Shown in pieces: positions 34,840 through 46,074 of a stretch of 64,000 nt of DNA. The stretch is from positions 248,001 through 312,000 of the forward strand of contig OW569384.1 in assembly GCA_937625935.1 (NCBI GenBank). Reading direction: 5' to 3'. Within the stretch, counting starts at the first letter, position 1. Every line of letters begins with the position of its first letter. The notes beneath the pieces are model-generated. The model was not told where the DNA came from and made no database searches. It was given only the letters and a program-made list of their open reading frames with translations. The translations under genes were made by a program, and so were the position numbers. Source of the DNA: Tetramitus jugosus (lineage: Eukaryota > Protista > Heterolobosea).

Positions 34840-36246
34840 ATGTTGGCAACATCATCCAGATCTATTGTGCGATCCACTATCATCAGAAGACCACTCGTCC
34901 TTCTCGCTCCACAACAACCTCAACAACAAATTCGTTCCTATGGCGCACCAGTCGACACAAAGAACCTTAAAAAGACTGCTCTGTTTGACTTTCATGCCAA
35001 GCACGATGCAAAGTTTGTGGTACGTGTTTGCTGTTTGTTGAATTTTTTCTTCCTCTTTTTGTTTTTTTTGACTAAACCAAGTGTAAATGAAAATGAAAAT
35101 GTTTTTATATGTAAAAATATAATGTGTGTATTAAATAATGTACATGTACAGCCATATGCTGGATGGAGAATGCCAGTCATGTACCCAGAGGGCATGAAAG
35201 AAGAACACATGTTTACTCGTCATTCTGCCACCCTGTTTGACGTGTCTCACATGGGTCAATTGACACTAGAGGGCAAAGACGCAGCAGAGTTTATCGAAAC
35301 ACTCGTCCCAGGTAACATCAAGGACCTCAAACCAAACAAGTGCCGTCTCACTCAATTCACCAATGAAAATGGTGGAATCATGGATGACACTGTAGTGACT
35401 CGCAAATCTCAAGACAAGTTTTATGTCGTGGTCAATGCCGGTTGCTGTGAACAAGATTTGAAGCACATTACAGCACAGATTGAAAAGTTTGTTCAAGGTG
35501 GAAACAAGGACGTGGAGATGACGTTCCTCAATCATTATGCATTGGTTGCATTGCAGGGTCCAAAAGCAGCCGAAGTGCTTCAATCATTGATTGGTAGTGC
35601 ATATGATTTGAAAGAGTTGGAATTTATGAGTGCTACTGAGGTTCCAATTGCAAAGTTGAGAGGATTGGACGCACCAGTTCAAATCATTCGTTGTGGTTAC
35701 ACGGGTGAAGACGGATTTGAGATTTCTGTTCCTGAGAGCCATGTCAACCAATTGGCAGAGTTGTTGGTTGAGGATTCGAGAGTCAAGTTGGCTGGTCTCG
35801 GTGCAAGAGACACCTTGAGATTGGAGGCTGGTTTGTGCTTGATGGGCAGTGATATGAACGACACGATTACTCCTGTGGAAGCCGGTTTGAGCTTCACTAT
35901 CGGTAAGAGAAGAAGAGAGGCTGCTGATTTCCCTGGTGCAAAGATTATTGTCGATCAACTGAACAATGGCACGAGCAAGTTGAGAGTCGGAATCCAAGTT
36001 GACTCCAAGTTGCCAGCAAGAGAGCACATGGAGATTTTGAACGACAAGGGTGAGGTCATTGGTGAGGTTACTTCTGGTACAATCTCTCCAGTGTTGGACA
36101 AATCTATTGCTATGGGTTACGTCCAAACACCATACTCCAAGACTGGTACACCAGTGATGATCAAGCGAAATGCAAAGACCATCTTGAATGCAACCGTCTC
36201 TGACACTCCATTCGTGCCAACTAGATATTACAGAAAGCAAAAGTAA
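34840..36246 (+). CDS. AMT: Glycine cleavage system T protein (aminomethyltransferase), mitochondrial; intron 35020-35151
   Basis: Arg-rich transit peptide; LKKTALFDFH, FDVSHMGQ, RCGYTGEDGFE and GLGARDTLRLEAGLCL motifs. Confidence 0.96.
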   Translation: MLATSSRSIVRSTIIRRPLVLLAPQQPQQQIRSYGAPVDTKNLKKTALFDFHAKHDAKFVVRVCCLLNFFFLFLFFLTKPSVNENENVFICKNIMCVLNNVHVQPYAGWRMPVMYPEGMKEEHMFTRHSATLFDVSHMGQLTLEGKDAAEFIETLVPGNIKDLKPNKCRLTQFTNENGGIMDDTVVTRKSQDKFYVVVNAGCCEQDLKHITAQIEKFVQGGNKDVEMTFLNHYALVALQGPKAAEVLQSLIGSAYDLKELEFMSATEVPIAKLRGLDAPVQIIRCGYTGEDGFEISVPESHVNQLAELLVEDSRVKLAGLGARDTLRLEAGLCLMGSDMNDTITPVEAGLSFTIGKRRREAADFPGAKIIVDQLNNGTSKLRVGIQVDSKLPAREHMEILNDKGEVIGEVTSGTISPVLDKSIAMGYVQTPYSKTGTPVMIKRNAKTILNATVSDTPFVPTRYYRKQK

Positions 36247-36368
36247 TACTGAACAGTACGTGTGTATTAACTGTTGAAGTAAACATTCAAAATTTTGTAC
36301 GTAATCTCGATTCAATAAGAATTCGTGAGCAATCAGAGAGATAGACGGCAACAAATATTTATCATCAG

Positions 36369-39300
36369 CTACAAAATATTGCTTTGGATCTGTTGTTCCA
36401 ATTGAAGTCTCTTTTTCAGTTTGACTATTGCTTTTTCTACTGATTGCAGGTCAGTATGTTCACTATCATTCTCCAGTAGCGCGAGTGTATTTTGCAGGGC
36501 CAACAGTCCCGAATCATAGAAACCTGGTTGATTGATAGCGTCAACGACACAGCTAGCTAATATTTCTGCGCGGTCATTCACTGCGGCGAGTAGTTGTGAG
36601 CGGTACGTATCGATAGGGGTTACGCTCATGAGATGACTTACACTCTTCTGTGCTTGCTCATTCAACGTTTTCAAGTATTTGTATTCCTTGTAAGGATAAT
36701 TTTCTTCACAGTTAAACGTACTCAAGAGAGTGCTGAGAACCTGTCCACATGAAGAACCAAAATCAACAGCCATCGCCAATGCTGCCGATGTTTGGATTCG
36801 AACTTTGAAGTTCTTCTCATTCCGGATCACATCACAAAGACAATCAAATGCTTGATCCTCTGATGTTGAAACATGCTTGTTGCTGAGAAGTCCACCAATG
36901 GCATAGCAGGCATTCCATCGCGGCTTTACTGTTCGCTCTGTCGATTTGATACAAGCAACAAGTTCGGCTAAAATCAAATCTTCTAAACTTGCCGCCACGT
37001 TCTTCGAATGTGGTAGTTGAGCTTGTAGAATGCATAGGGGAGCACATACACATATGTTACCAAATGCTCTCGCAATATTGCAAATAACTTTGTCGTTGTC
37101 ATTGCAGGAATGAAGTAACGTTCGAATAATATCAAACATAAGTGCATATCCTTCATCTGATTCGCTATTGATGCTTGAACACCATGAGGACTGTCGAATA
37201 GCATCGCATACATTAGCAATTGTCCAACTACTTCTCACCCGAACATTTAACACCGAAGAGGTTATTAGTGGTTTCAGATCCGCAAAAATATTGCTCAGTA
37301 ATGAGATATCTTCCCGAATACTTTGAAAGAGAACAATCGAACCAATTGCCTTGCAACTGGCAGCTTTCACAGCAGGTGCTTCATCATGTATCCCGTCCAC
37401 TAATCGATCAACAGCATCTTTTCGTCTTTCGCTCGTCAAACTTAGATATTGTTGTTCGCTCATATTCGAATAAATTAAGCACGCAGAGGCTCGAACAGAT
37501 TGAAACTCGTCATTCAATGCGATTGCGATAATATTGTCTATAATTTGAAGCCATATTTCATGGGAAATTGGTTTTGTCAGGTCAGTTACGATGATACCTT
37601 CAGAACTTGCGGAAGCAGCGGCAGAGACGACTGGCGGAACGTCCGCGAAAGGAGCAGTGTAATTATTTACAATCTGTACAAGAATCAGTCGAAGAGCTAT
37701 GCGTTATCGACATAATAACATATATCAAGTTAGCAATGATGAATAAATTCAATCGGACTAAGAAACGACAAAGAACTGAACAACATACTTTGATCTGAAT
37801 GGCCTAATCCCCGTTGAATAATCTGGCACAATTGGTTCCATTTCTGATTGATGCAATTTGGATAATTACTACAGACACTTAGCATCACTTGTGCGCACTC
37901 GGTCCTAATCGTTGTCGAATAGGAAGAGTCAAGGTAGGACAGTAGCACATTCAACGGTGAATCTTCAGAGGTTAAAAACTCTTCCACTTCCTTCAATGGT
38001 CGCATAGTATCGAACACATATGCTAAACAACTAAATGCAATGTTTTGCACTGAACGATCAGATGAAGTTTCAATAAGAGAGAGCATCTTTTCTACTATCT
38101 GTCTCATAAATCGCATCGACAGCTTATCATACGATGTATTTTGAATCAGTGTGGCCAAGCACTTGAGTATATACATAACAGTAGGTGTTGATTTTTCACT
38201 GTCTAGGGCCATGATGATCGCTCTATGTAGTTCGTGGAGAATAAACGCCAATTGGCGAGAAAACGAAACAAAGGAAGATTTCGTTCGCGTGTCATCTGCC
38301 TGGGCCAGGTATAACTTTGAGTTTTCAAGCATTGCTATAATTGCTTGAACAGCAGCAGAGCGACATCGAGGTGATCCATCATATAACATAACAGCAAAAA
38401 GACTCGGTTCTTTTGTTTGGAGAGAAGAAGTAGAATCTGATGATAGAAATAGATTCTTAAACTCACCAAACATTGACTTAAAATCTGCTTTGGACAAGTC
38501 GGACAACAATTGTAATGATTGTAGTCGAATACGGATTGAGGACCGACTTCCACTCGATTGTTCCGAATCTGAGACATCACTACCCGATGTGACTGCCATA
38601 TGCGGCTCCTTGGCGTCTTCATGTGAGATCTTTGTTTGTTGCGTTATTGGAATAATGGGCGAAAACGGTGTTCCATAGCATATTAACTTTTTCAGTTGAT
38701 ACACTTGTTTCGATATAGTTGGCACGTGCACCTTGGAATAATGCTTCACAATAAAGCTCATGGATTTCAAAACAGATGAAACATGTTTCTCCAAATGGAC
38801 GTTTCCTGACAAGAGTCGCTCACCCAACTGACACAAGTGGAACAACAAGTAATCATAGAGTTCGTTTGCAAGCGCACTTGTTAACTGACTGCTATTACTA
38901 TTACTCTTGTTCGCTGCATGATGATCAACACTGACATCAGCAAACAACACACCTCTGTCAATACAGTTCAACAAGTAATACCTCGTCGTATCACTCATTG
39001 ACTGAGTCGATACCCTCGTTGACTCGCGCCAATCCAAATCTAAAATCACATGAATCACATCCAATCGAGTCTTATCATGATCCGACGGCAAAAACCGAAC
39101 ACCAGGCAAAGAAACAATAAAACTGAGCGCTCTCATACAATCTATCATCCACGAACTCATGTTGATCGCACTTTCAGAGGAATTCTGACTCGAATTGTGC
39201 TTCAATTGTTGAACAATTGTGTTCAATAAACGTGTCATTTGTTCCGCACTTCCCACAGAAATCTATCCATTTATTTCACATGTAAACACTGTTAGAATGA

Positions 39301-39873
39301 CAAAATAAACATCGAATAGAGGTGAATTAAGTGAAAAAGTACCTTTTGTTTGGATATCAACAGAGTAATCAATTGACAAAACTTGGCTACGAGTTGTTGA
39401 TTGGTATGTTGTTGAATGATACATGCCAATTTGTTCAACACGTGAAACACATGTTGATCCGTGTCAATTGATGAGTCAGGATATGTCACATCACTCAACA
39501 AGGAATCAATCAACGAAACAATCGATTTCTCTTCTTCTTCTTCATCCTTTGCATCATTGTTACTCAATGTTTTTTGATCAAGAGCTTCCATGCATTTTTT
39601 CCATGTTGAATTGAGTAAAATGGTTGTTGATTTTGGTTTTCGTCTCCATGAGTTGCTGCTGCTGCTACTAGGGATCTTCATATCACTACCGTGATTGTTA
39701 CTATTGACATCGTTTGTTGTTCTTGTTGTGGATTTTGAGCGCCAATTTTGGTGTTGTTGTGATTGGTGAGATTTGCGGTGGTGTGGTGATGATGATTTGT
39801 GTGGTGATGTTGTGGTTGCTGTACTGTGGTGATGTTGGTGTGGTTGTTGTTTGTCAATGTTGTTGTTGTTCAT
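36369..39873 (-). CDS. HEAT repeat protein 6-like (DUF4042); about 4 exons
   Basis: SSFVSFSRQLAFILHELHRAI, LKCLATLIQNTSYDKL, KPRWNACYAIG and NFKVRIQ motifs. Splice signals near 39342/39263, 37788 and 37540-37690. Confidence 0.82.
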
Positions 39874-39913
39874 TTTTCATATTTTTTTCTTCTTGTTTTC
39901 GTTTGAAGTGAAT

Positions 39914-39950
39914 TTTTGGCGGGAACATGCGGATGTCAAATGGCGCGAAA
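39914..39950. promoter_or_regulatory. Paired E2F-like sites upstream of the HEATR6-like gene
   Basis: TTTTGGCGGGAA and TGGCGCGAAA lie in a 98-bp gap; similar motifs occur at 11131-11140 and 42841-42852. Confidence 0.4.
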
Positions 39951-39971
39951 GGTGTTCCAATACAAAATGGA

Positions 39972-42578
39972 TCATAGGGTTGTATTGTGAAGTCGGTATT
40001 TCTGAAGCTGAGGTATCAGCACGTCTAGATCTTCGAGATCAGCCTTCAAGTTATGTACATTCTGATTGGTCATTGGTGCACCCTCAAAGAGAGATTGTTG
40101 TTGCATCTGCAAATCAATAAAATCACCAAACAATTGTTGTTGCTGCTCCTTTTCCTTTCTCAAGTTAAGGATATGTTGTGATACATGCCATGCTCTGTCA
40201 ATTGCATCAAAGTAGGCCTCTTTCTTGGTTCTACCATATCCAGTGGCAATAACAGTAGAATCTGTTGAAACATTGCAAGCGTACAGCCTTTGTGAGTGTC
40301 GGTTCGCTGTCGAAACAATACAAGCTGAACAACGGAGCAAACGCATGAGAACATCATCTAGTTCATTCTTGCCACGAACGGTAAATGTTTTCGCTTCCAG
40401 AAGAAACACATGAATAATGGAATTCTTCACGTCATAACTCCTGTCGTGAGTGGTGTTGCATAGACCGCCTTGATCAACATAAATGGCACCGATGATTGCT
40501 CTAAACACTTTTGCTAGGTTGCGGTCACTCACTTCCATGTCATACAATGTATGCAACTCCATCTCTCGAGCTGCTTTTGCAAGTTGAGCAACGGTTGTGT
40601 ACTCCATGAATATATCACTAACTTGCTTTTCGTAACTAGCCTGATACTCGTGATAGATATTATTACAAACGACAAATTTTAGGACGCAACTTCCCAGTTG
40701 CTCTAATCTCTTAATAGTTTTTTTACCATTGTTCGTACTTAAGATCGTTTGGAGTGCCTCAATCAATACACGAGGATTATTGAATCGTACTCCAAGCATC
40801 TGCTCTGCTTGTCTGAGTCTCATTATCTCCTTTCCAGACAATGACTGCGTCAATGGTAAATGAGATTCTATTTCAAATGAGTGCTTCGCTTCGTCAGGTC
40901 CCCAAGGGGGCATATATCTCATCCAAAACTTTAATGATCCCTCAATATCCTGATCCAAGTAGATTGCTGCAATCAATGCCTCAACAGTATCTGCACCTAC
41001 CTTCCTCTCTCTTTGAGCAGGATGTAATTGTCTCGTTTTCAATAAAATCGATCTCAAATCTAAAGTTTGAGACAGATCATCTAAACTATCATTCTCAACC
41101 AGCAAAGAACAAGACAGTCTTAAACTTGATCCATCTGCATCTTTCATCGCTTCAAAATACATGTGACCTGCAAGCAATTCTATCAATCCGTCTCCAAGAA
41201 ACTCTAGTAATTCGTTAGAATCATGCTCGGAACCATAGAAATCTTGTGTGAATGTTTTGTGCATAAAACACTTCTGTAGAAGTTCGTGGTCAGTAAAGTT
41301 TATCTTCAATCCATTTTGAAGATCTGTCAGACCCAGTTGCTTATCATGTACCTCTGAAAGAAACATGCTCGTATAATTCATCATATTCATTAAGGCTGCA
41401 GGCTCATACTTTAACCGAGTAACACAGCAATCTGACGGCCCAATGTACTCGTATTCGTTTCCTCGAGGAGGAAGATTCGGACGCGCAAGATAATCCCTAT
41501 CAGTTAATTGATGAAGAGATGGTAAATTGGACAGAAGTTGCTTGCACCTGTTCCTGGTATAAGAGAAATCAAAATCCTTTCTCTTTTCGAATATACTAGC
41601 CCTGTGTGTCAGAGTGCTCGAATCTAGTTCCACACACACATATTTGACTTCTGGACTTGCAAAATCAACATCCACAATCATGTACACTTGAGAGTTATAC
41701 AACACGATATTACCGGATACTATTTTAGAGACAGATTCTAAACTCTCTAAAAGAACGGCGTACTGTGGGCATTGATCAAGCAGAGACACCATATCAATCG
41801 AAAAGTGAATCTCTGCAATTTCTTTTGAGAAAGCTCTGACATTGATGTGTGCTTTCCTGCATTCCCTCTCCAGTAACTCCAATCCATTAGTATATGAAAT
41901 GAGATTATCTACCTCTATGGCTTGAACCTCTCTAAAATTTGAATCAACAATCAATTGTTCCATGTTCATTGGAGGATGCAACAGGCGAAGAAGCAATGGA
42001 AATGGAATTAACTTGTCTTGCGAATATTGCGATTGAACAAAGTCAAGAATATGGATCGAACTCGAGTAATCAAACACGGGTAACAAGTAAAACAGCGATG
42101 TCCAAGAATTTGCTTTAGATTCCTGATACGACAACCATAGCTTTGACTGATCATCCCTGAGGAATAACCAGTGATGCAACAACTCCAATATCTTGAGTTG
42201 ATCCATCTGTTCGATCAAAACAGAACCCAACTTTGAAAAATGAATTCGAACTGTGGTCGTTTCATTCGTGTCCCACTGCAGATTGGATGGGATATATTCA
42301 GAGTGAACCAACGAGTCCAAACTCAGTGGAGGAGTCAAGTGTAAGTATGGATTCCTTGTAGCCAATAACAAGAAACGAACCGAGTTCGTATCAGTCGTCT
42401 CTGATTGCACCAGCTTTTCAGCAAATCCTGGACTGGAGTAATTTACATTTGGATCCACCATCCTCATAAAGTACAGGTGGAGCATATTGTGGGATGATGA
42501 ATTCAGAACGGGCTGGAATGGAGCCATGGAACCCAGTACCGAATGCATCTTGGACATGTCATGAAATACAGACTTCAT
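39972..42578 (-). CDS. Tandem RNase III domain + dsRBD protein (Dicer/Drosha-like), second domain degenerate; may extend upstream by a spliced exon to an ATG at 42906
   Basis: RIIIa: NELLEFLGDGL ... GADTVEALIAAIYLD. RIIIb: KRLEQLGSCVL ... LAKVFRAIIGAIYVD. dsRBD: ATGYGRTKKEAYFDA. The frame stays open upstream to about 42743. Confidence 0.85.
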   Translation of the reverse strand: MKSVFHDMSKMHSVLGSMAPFQPVLNSSSHNMLHLYFMRMVDPNVNYSSPGFAEKLVQSETTDTNSVRFLLLATRNPYLHLTPPLSLDSLVHSEYIPSNLQWDTNETTTVRIHFSKLGSVLIEQMDQLKILELLHHWLFLRDDQSKLWLSYQESKANSWTSLFYLLPVFDYSSSIHILDFVQSQYSQDKLIPFPLLLRLLHPPMNMEQLIVDSNFREVQAIEVDNLISYTNGLELLERECRKAHINVRAFSKEIAEIHFSIDMVSLLDQCPQYAVLLESLESVSKIVSGNIVLYNSQVYMIVDVDFASPEVKYVCVELDSSTLTHRASIFEKRKDFDFSYTRNRCKQLLSNLPSLHQLTDRDYLARPNLPPRGNEYEYIGPSDCCVTRLKYEPAALMNMMNYTSMFLSEVHDKQLGLTDLQNGLKINFTDHELLQKCFMHKTFTQDFYGSEHDSNELLEFLGDGLIELLAGHMYFEAMKDADGSSLRLSCSLLVENDSLDDLSQTLDLRSILLKTRQLHPAQRERKVGADTVEALIAAIYLDQDIEGSLKFWMRYMPPWGPDEAKHSFEIESHLPLTQSLSGKEIMRLRQAEQMLGVRFNNPRVLIEALQTILSTNNGKKTIKRLEQLGSCVLKFVVCNNIYHEYQASYEKQVSDIFMEYTTVAQLAKAAREMELHTLYDMEVSDRNLAKVFRAIIGAIYVDQGGLCNTTHDRSYDVKNSIIHVFLLEAKTFTVRGKNELDDVLMRLLRCSACIVSTANRHSQRLYACNVSTDSTVIATGYGRTKKEAYFDAIDRAWHVSQHILNLRKEKEQQQQLFGDFIDLQMQQQSLFEGAPMTNQNVHNLKADLEDLDVLIPQLQKYRLHNTTL

Positions 42579-43040
42579 TCTCTCTCCTTCGTTTTTTGTG
42601 ACGGAAAAGATTGATGACAGAATAAAGCCTACATCACCGAGGGTTCTCGAGTAGTCTCCTACTGACTCAGCCAGATGACGCTTAACTTCTCTATTCGAAT
42701 GGGAAGAGGTGGTTCCATCATTGTATGAACGTAGCCATTGGTACTGTTATTTCATCTTTTTTCTCGGCACTGGTGGTTTTGAGCCTTGGTGTTGAGTCCT
42801 GAACAACTCAAAGAAACACAAATACATAAGAATTCACAACTTTGGCGCCAAACTCGCAATCTCTAGTGATGCGATTTGTCCGTAGCCGCGGAGTTATTTG
42901 AGACATCGCACTATTTTCCCGAGACACGCGCCAACAATCGGATTTCACTCGCCAACAAAAAGCTTCCTTCTCATTATTCTCTCATCGCAATCGCTGTTGC
43001 GTTTTTAGTTTTTGGAACTTGGTTTGGAATCGATCGGAAA

Positions 43041-44969
43041 ATGACCACCACCCACAGCAGCAGCAATGCAGCTCTTGTCACTTCACCATTGTTGTCCTCA
43101 CCACAACAAAGCAACAATAATAACAACAACTTTCATAGCATCAATCATACGACAACAATGATGTCACCCATGCCAACCATCACCACCCCCACCACCACGA
43201 TGACGACAACACCTACGGATTCCAATGTCGATGATAGCACTGTTGGTGATTTTGAAGAAGATCAACGGCAACAACAAGATCAAGAGCTACAGAATACGAG
43301 TGATAAAGCACCACCAAAGAAGCCATTGTCCTCCAATGTACAAACATTTGCAAATATTATCAAGGCCAATATTGGATCAGGTATTCTGGGTATGCCATTT
43401 GCTTTCAAGAACTCTGGGTATATACTGGGCACGATCACACTTGTTCTCATGGCTATGCTCACGATTCATAGCACCATTCTGTTGATTCGATGTAAAAATT
43501 TTTTGAATAACACGCGGCGTCGTGGTCTACAGCGGAGAAATTCGGACAAGAATGAGGAGAGTGCTGCGAGTAGTAGAGCAGAGGATTTGGATGTGATTGG
43601 GAGCTCAATCAGTAGCAGTGTGAGTAGTAGTGGTGAACAACCGAATGCTGCTGCATCAAATACTCAAAAATCATCCTCTGTCAATACTGCTCATCCTGTT
43701 ACTGATGAAAGTAATCAACATGATGATGATGATGACGATGATAGTGAAGAGATTATTACCTATGGGCAAGTGGGAAAGACTGTTTTTGGTGCCCCAGGTG
43801 ATTTTATCATTAGTTGCTTCCTTATTTTTACGCAGTGTGGCTTCTGTTGTGCCTATTTGATCTTTATGGGTCAAAATTTGAGCGATATGATTGGATTGAA
43901 GCACTTGGAATGGATGTACATTCTCATTATTTGTATCGTTCTCATTCCAATCGCCATGGTTCGTTCGTTGAAGAATTTGTCGCCATTTTCAATGATTTCC
44001 GAGGTTTGTCTCATTGTTGGACTCTTTATTCTCTTGTTCTTTGATATCAAGGAGTTGGTGTCTTCTTCACAAAAAGGTGGATTCCCTGGACCAACGAGAA
44101 ATCTCAAAGGATTTGATTGGGCCAATTTTCCAGTGTTCTTTGGCATCACAATTTTCTCATTTGAAGGAATTGGACTTGCACTTCCGATTCAACACAATAT
44201 GAAAAAGAGGGAATCCTATGATGGATTGTTGATTGGCGCATTGTTTTTGATTTCATGCTCGATGGGAATATTCGGACTCTTGGGATATTTTGCTTATGGT
44301 GTCGGTGTACAGGATGTGATTACGTTGAATTTGCCAAATGGTAGTGTGTTTTCATACATTGTGAAAATTGCCTTTATTATTGCACTGCTGTTTACGCATC
44401 CTATTCAGTTGTTCCCTGTTTCTGAGCTGTTGGATCACAACTTTAGATTGGTGCGTCGGTTTGTTCGAAGGCAATATCAGAAGCGTCAATCATCAGATGA
44501 TAGTATTGACTCAGATGTCGAAGAAGAAGAACAAGTAGATATTGATATGCCTGCGGTTCGAATCACTGGAAACACTGGTGAAGATCTCGATTCAATCTCT
44601 AGCTCGAAACACAGCGAACTAAGAAAGCGCCTAACAATCAAGCACGCGAGATTTCAATTTTTGAACATGTGTCTCAGTTTGAGACTCCATGGAGAAAACA
44701 TCATTCGAATCGTAGTAATCATAATTACTGGTTTATTGGCGGCTGTCATACCTGATTTTGGTAACTTCCTCTCTTTGGTTGGTGGATTCGGTGGAACGAT
44801 GCTGGCATTTGTGCTTCCTTCGCTCATTCATTTGCGACTGTTCTGGGGCGAGATTAACTGGATGATCAAACTGAAAGATGTAGCTGTGATTGTGTTTGGC
44901 GTATCTGCATCTCTCTTCACTGCCTATCTCTCAATCAAAGACATTATCAAATCGATGCAAAAACATTAA
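43041..44969 (+). CDS. Amino acid/auxin permease family transporter (SLC36/Avt3-like)
   Basis: NIIKANIGSGILGMPFAF, FFGITIFSFEGIG and LAFVLPSLIHL motifs; multiple TM segments; first ATG at 43041. Confidence 0.92.
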   Translation: MTTTHSSSNAALVTSPLLSSPQQSNNNNNNFHSINHTTTMMSPMPTITTPTTTMTTTPTDSNVDDSTVGDFEEDQRQQQDQELQNTSDKAPPKKPLSSNVQTFANIIKANIGSGILGMPFAFKNSGYILGTITLVLMAMLTIHSTILLIRCKNFLNNTRRRGLQRRNSDKNEESAASSRAEDLDVIGSSISSSVSSSGEQPNAAASNTQKSSSVNTAHPVTDESNQHDDDDDDDSEEIITYGQVGKTVFGAPGDFIISCFLIFTQCGFCCAYLIFMGQNLSDMIGLKHLEWMYILIICIVLIPIAMVRSLKNLSPFSMISEVCLIVGLFILLFFDIKELVSSSQKGGFPGPTRNLKGFDWANFPVFFGITIFSFEGIGLALPIQHNMKKRESYDGLLIGALFLISCSMGIFGLLGYFAYGVGVQDVITLNLPNGSVFSYIVKIAFIIALLFTHPIQLFPVSELLDHNFRLVRRFVRRQYQKRQSSDDSIDSDVEEEEQVDIDMPAVRITGNTGEDLDSISSSKHSELRKRLTIKHARFQFLNMCLSLRLHGENIIRIVVIIITGLLAAVIPDFGNFLSLVGGFGGTMLAFVLPSLIHLRLFWGEINWMIKLKDVAVIVFGVSASLFTAYLSIKDIIKSMQKH

Positions 44970-44985
44970 ACGTATTTATTGCATA

Positions 44986-46074
44986 CTATGTTCTATCTGT
45001 CAGATAAATGGTTTTTAAAGTTCGCTTGTCTTGGTCGGGCAACCTCATAAAGAAGTCAACAGCAGATTTTACAATCAGTTGTGTGTCAATGATCCGCATT
45101 TGTAGAAGCGCCATGCGAAGTTTTGAAGGGTCCTCACGAACTTTGGTCAGTTCTGGCAACTGTTCTTTAATCATTCCCAAAATCACTAAAGGGAACATGA
45201 AGAACCCAAACGCCATATAAAAGTCCATCAAGCGCAAACATTGCAAGAAATCCTGCTCCTGCAGCGCAAATCCATAATAATGAGGAGCCACCCACATCCT
45301 AAAATCATTCAATGTTAAACGGCTAAAACTCACACCTTCAAAATCCTTTGAAAACCTGTTCATGTATAACTGTAGCATGGTGCACACCTCCACAAATCGC
45401 TCCTTTCCCTCTTGGTCCTGATTCAACAGATTCATTGGCAAAATCTTTGTCATAATTCGATCAAAGCAATAAAAAGCTTCAATCTCACTCATACAATACA
45501 GCAGAATACCTGACAAATTGGTAATTCCTTGACTATAATCCCTTTTGCTCATCCTTCTTTTCATGTCAAAGGCATTCATGAGACGAACGACTTGCGCGTC
45601 TGCTATCCTCTTCCGAAACAGGAACGTGTTCTTGGTTTGGTGGCTTGAAAAGGTTCTGGCCGCTTCATTTCCATACATTGAGTATTGCTCCGACTTGGAT
45701 GTCGATAGCTTAACGTAGAGCTCGGGGTCCATCCGACCCAAGCGCAAAAATGCTTTGTAAACTCTACCTCTGAGCGGCGTCATTTGGCCGGGCAGTGTAT
45801 TGTATTTTAACTCCGCTATTTGCTTTGAAAATTCTCCGAACCGCTGGCATGCTTCTTCGTTCGATTTTTTATCGTCAAACGACCAGGAAAAGTCCGAAAA
45901 CAAAACGTCAAATTTTTGGCGCTCTTCGGTTGTTTCGTCGGGTATTCCGCCATGTATTGCAATGAGTCTCCTGAGTTGATCCAGTTGTTGTTTCACAGTT
46001 TTCTCGTTGGGTTGTTGATAAAGAGTATCGAGTGCTCGTTCAAACTCTGCTCGAATCTGGCCATCATCTCTCAT
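44986..46074 (-). CDS. TBC-domain GAP, Bub2/Cdc16-like (divergent)
   Basis: LDQLRRLIAIHGGIP, LRGRVYKAFL, NEAARTF, YSQG and EIEAFYCF motifs. Confidence 0.65.
   Translation of the reverse strand: MRDDGQIRAEFERALDTLYQQPNEKTVKQQLDQLRRLIAIHGGIPDETTEERQKFDVLFSDFSWSFDDKKSNEEACQRFGEFSKQIAELKYNTLPGQMTPLRGRVYKAFLRLGRMDPELYVKLSTSKSEQYSMYGNEAARTFSSHQTKNTFLFRKRIADAQVVRLMNAFDMKRRMSKRDYSQGITNLSGILLYCMSEIEAFYCFDRIMTKILPMNLLNQDQEGKERFVEVCTMLQLYMNRFSKDFEGVSFSRLTLNDFRMWVAPHYYGFALQEQDFLQCLRLMDFYMAFGFFMFPLVILGMIKEQLPELTKVREDPSKLRMALLQMRIIDTQLIVKSAVDFFMRLPDQDKRTLKTIYLTDRT

Noticed and set aside
35584-36354. 256-aa antisense ORF over GcvT, plus many shorter shadow ORFs (e.g. 4624-5139)
   Set aside because: They lie fully antisense to strongly conserved genes, have no motifs and are explained by codon bias.
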